From positions 448,001 to 512,000 of the forward strand of contig OZ223270.1 in assembly GCA_965140585.1 (NCBI GenBank): a stretch of DNA of 64,000 bases. The letters are read 5' to 3'. Below the pieces are notes generated by a model. That model had not been told where the DNA came from. It did no database searches and worked only from the letters and a program-made list of their open reading frames with translations. How positions within the stretch are numbered: position 1 is the first letter of the stretch; the number at the start of each line of letters is the position of its first letter. Shown in pieces: positions 61,347 through 64,000 of the stretch. This DNA comes from Spirochaetia bacterium (lineage in GTDB: Bacteria > Spirochaetota > Spirochaetia > UBA9216). Position numbers and translations under genes: made by a program.

Positions 61347-62696
61347 ATGAAAAAATTAATTAAAGACCCTGTATATCCGGAATTATTGAAAATTGCTGGA
61401 CCCATTGCTCTTCATAATCTGGTTATAAATTCTCTAAGCTTTATAGATACTTTTATGATTGGAAGGCTTGGTGAAACAGAGATTGCCGCAGTAGGCATTG
61501 GAAACCAGCTGTTTTTTCTTTATTCGCTTGTTCTTTTTGGAATAGGAAGCGGCTGTGGAGTTTTTGTATCTCAGTACTGGGGAAAAAAGGATTTTAACGG
61601 AATAAGAAGATCTGCCGGTCTTGGTGTTGTCTTCGGTTTAACAGCGGCATTGCCCTTTCTATTTCTATCGCTATTAATCCCAGTTCAGATTACTTCGATA
61701 TTTTCTACAGATATCAGTGTTATCACTCCGGGTGCGGAATATCTTAAGATTGTCTCTTTAAGTTATATTTTTTCTTCTGTAAGTATTATTTTTGCACAGG
61801 TTCAGCGAAGTATTGAAAAGCCTGCTGTTCCTCTGCTTGTTTCACTCTGTGCCCTGGGAATCAACACAATTCTCAACTATCTTTTCATTTTCGGAAAGGC
61901 CGGTTTTCCAGCATGGGAAGTAAAGGGTGTTGCAATTGCAACTGTTATTTCCAGATTTATTGAATGCCTTCTTATGATATCGATTGTGTTTTTTAACAGG
62001 AAAAACCCGCTTAACGGAAAGCTGAAGGATTTTATAAGTTTTCCGGAAGGGTTTTTTCCAAGATTTATAAGGACAACTGCGCCTGTAATAATTAATGAAT
62101 TATTCTGGTCGCTTGGAATGACTGTTTATAAGGCAGTTTACGGACGTCTGGGTACAGATTCTCTGGCTTCAGTGAATATTACAGAGGCTATAATGAATCT
62201 GATGTTTGTTGCGCTTATAGGCTCAGGCTTCGGAACGGCGGTAATAACCGGAAAAAAAATCGGTGAGCAGAAATATGATGAGGCCAGAAGAAACGGGGCA
62301 AAATTTGTAAAACTCGCCTTTATTGAAGGCCTTATCATGGCTGCGGTTACTCTTTTGCTTTGCAGGAAACTGCCTTCAGCCTTTAATGTTTCTCAGCATG
62401 TAAAAGACAATGCTTCAATTTTAATTATTATATATGCCGCCCTTCTTCCTTTTAAATCATTTAATATTCATACAATTGTCGGTGTTTTCAGGGGTGGTGG
62501 AGATACCCTGTTTGCAGCAGGTGCTGAAATATCCGGCGTATGGGCTGTAGGTGTGGTTCTTGCGTTAATTACAGGACTGTGGCTTCGTATGCCGGTATAT
62601 TTCGTATTTGCTTTTGTGAATTGTGAAGAAATATATAAATTCCTGGTTGGGGTATGGAGAATGACTTCGGGTAAATGGCTGCATGATGTAACATGA
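61347..62696 (+). CDS. MATE family efflux transporter
   Basis: IDTFMIGRLGE..IAAVG, SQYWG, GVAIATVISR, RGGGDT. Confidence 0.93.
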   Translation: MKKLIKDPVYPELLKIAGPIALHNLVINSLSFIDTFMIGRLGETEIAAVGIGNQLFFLYSLVLFGIGSGCGVFVSQYWGKKDFNGIRRSAGLGVVFGLTAALPFLFLSLLIPVQITSIFSTDISVITPGAEYLKIVSLSYIFSSVSIIFAQVQRSIEKPAVPLLVSLCALGINTILNYLFIFGKAGFPAWEVKGVAIATVISRFIECLLMISIVFFNRKNPLNGKLKDFISFPEGFFPRFIRTTAPVIINELFWSLGMTVYKAVYGRLGTDSLASVNITEAIMNLMFVALIGSGFGTAVITGKKIGEQKYDEARRNGAKFVKLAFIEGLIMAAVTLLLCRKLPSAFNVSQHVKDNASILIIIYAALLPFKSFNIHTIVGVFRGGGDTLFAAGAEISGVWAVGVVLALITGLWLRMPVYFVFAFVNCEEIYKFLVGVWRMTSGKWLHDVT

Positions 62697-62748
62697 TCTT
62701 GTGTTACAAGCCATAAAAGCATTAAGATACTTCTGATAAGGAGAAATT

Positions 62749-63462
62749 ATGTTAGTGCCTATCCTCAATTCCGATGAATCTTATGAATTAAATCCGCCGA
62801 AAATAGTAGCCCTGGGTCTTAATTATGATGAGCATATTAAAGAAAGCCTGTCTTTGAAAGCCAGGGGTCTCACTCCGGAAAGACCTTCTGAACCGGTAAT
62901 CTTTCCCAAGGCTACATCTGCAATCATCGGAAATGGTGAAAATATTGTATTACCCTCTTTTCTCGGCGGTTACAGTTTTGAATCAGAAACCAGAACTGAT
63001 TATGAGGCAGAACTGGCCTTTATTATCAAAAAAGACTGCCGGAATATCCGAAGAGAGGATGCTGCAGATTATATTTACGGGTTTACATGTCTTAATGATA
63101 TAAGCCAGCGTAATCTTCAGACAGGTGATAAATCCGGATGGTTCAGAGGCAAATCGCTTGATACTTTCTGTCCTGTGGGTCCTGTAATAGTTCGTCCGGA
63201 AGATCTTTCAGATCCTCAGAATCTGAATATAGAGTGCCGGCTCAACGGGAAGATTGTGCAGAAAGGCAATACTTCTATGATGATTTTCGGTATTTATGAG
63301 ATAATTGAGATTCTATCCTCCTGGTTTACTCTGAAAAAGGGAGATCTTATATCAACGGGTACCCCATCGGGTATTGGCCCTCTTTCTGCCGGAGATATAG
63401 TTGAGGTGGAAATTGAAGGAATAGGTATTCTTAAAAATCAGGTAATCGAAGAAGCTAAATAA
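62749..63462 (+). CDS. Fumarylacetoacetate hydrolase family protein
   Basis: KIVALGLNY..H, DYEAEL, ND.S.R, GKSLDTF.P.GP, TGTPSG. Confidence 0.93.
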   Translation: MLVPILNSDESYELNPPKIVALGLNYDEHIKESLSLKARGLTPERPSEPVIFPKATSAIIGNGENIVLPSFLGGYSFESETRTDYEAELAFIIKKDCRNIRREDAADYIYGFTCLNDISQRNLQTGDKSGWFRGKSLDTFCPVGPVIVRPEDLSDPQNLNIECRLNGKIVQKGNTSMMIFGIYEIIEILSSWFTLKKGDLISTGTPSGIGPLSAGDIVEVEIEGIGILKNQVIEEAK

Positions 63463-63480
63463 GTACAGGAGTCAACCAGC

Positions 63481-64000
63481 ATGAGTTTTTCAAAATTTGG
63501 TGAAAGATTTATTTCGGGTACCGGGATAAAAGATTTAATTGATGATCTTGGAAAATATGCCGGGCTGGAGGGTTCCTGTATGCTTGGCGGCGGAAATCCT
63601 GCAATTATTCCGGATGTCAGCAGTATCTGGAGAGATCGTATAAAAGAAATTGCCGCAGACCCTGAAAATCTGGACAGGATGCTCGGCCTGTATGATACTT
63701 CTATTGGAAAGATAGTATTCTTTGAGAAACTTGCTGAAATGCTTAATGCCGAATACGGCTGGCCTGTTACGGCTGAAAATATTGCTGTGGTAAACGGCAG
63801 TCAGACTTCATGCTTTCTTCTTTTTAACATGATTGCAGGAAGTAATACAGCAGGTGGGAAAAACCGCCTTCTTCTTCCTCTTATGCCGGAATATATCGGC
63901 TATGCTGATCAGTGTATCGATCCGGATTCTTTTGTATCATGCAGACCTGAGATAAACGAGAGTGGTAACCGGGAATTTAAATATTCAGTAAACTTTGACT
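63481..64000 (+). CDS. avtA: Valine-pyruvate aminotransferase (5' part, runs off the window)
   Basis: MSFSKFGERF...GI..L.DDL, MLGGGNPA, NIAVVNGSQ, LP..PEYIGYADQ. Confidence 0.85.
   Translation, partial: MSFSKFGERFISGTGIKDLIDDLGKYAGLEGSCMLGGGNPAIIPDVSSIWRDRIKEIAADPENLDRMLGLYDTSIGKIVFFEKLAEMLNAEYGWPVTAENIAVVNGSQTSCFLLFNMIAGSNTAGGKNRLLLPLMPEYIGYADQCIDPDSFVSCRPEINESGNREFKYSVNFD

Overview
Chromosomal window from a free-living spirochaete (Spirochaetales-like, judged from the gene order gyrA-gyrB<- ->dnaA-dnaN-recF-dciA-rpmH-rnpA-yidD-yidC-jag, an L34 ending in DEKKPY, and tRNA-Arg(GCG)). It spans the replication origin, and gene orientation flips at dnaA. Positions 1-16.9 kb hold an AT-rich surface-polysaccharide locus for a legionaminic-acid-type nonulosonic acid, with extra acyl-tailoring and oxidoreductase genes, a Wzx flippase and a sialyltransferase-like enzyme. 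Positions 17.2-19.8 kb are a decaying array of MNT/HEPN genes interleaved with two copies of a GxxExxY-linked repeat. The remainder is mostly core genes: chrA pair, gatCAB-aspS, recR-ybaB-dnaX, SRP RNA with five tRNAs, parAB/parS, oriC, ahcY-metK, a major outer-membrane protein, ygiQ, a MATE transporter and avtA. The strongest candidates for undescribed biology are: (1) an AraC-GyrI gene whose linker encodes three 21-bp-phased repeats, a -10 and an RBS with in-frame ATG, suggesting a self-activated intragenic promoter for a stand-alone ligand-binding isoform; (2) a GxxExxY-end/hairpin repeat that may supply the promoter for MNT/HEPN cargo genes; (3) a switch-like structured leader before metK; (4) an off-origin DnaA-box cluster; (5) recurrent leaderless promoters. 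All calls come from reading motifs by eye; no database searches or folding programs were run.
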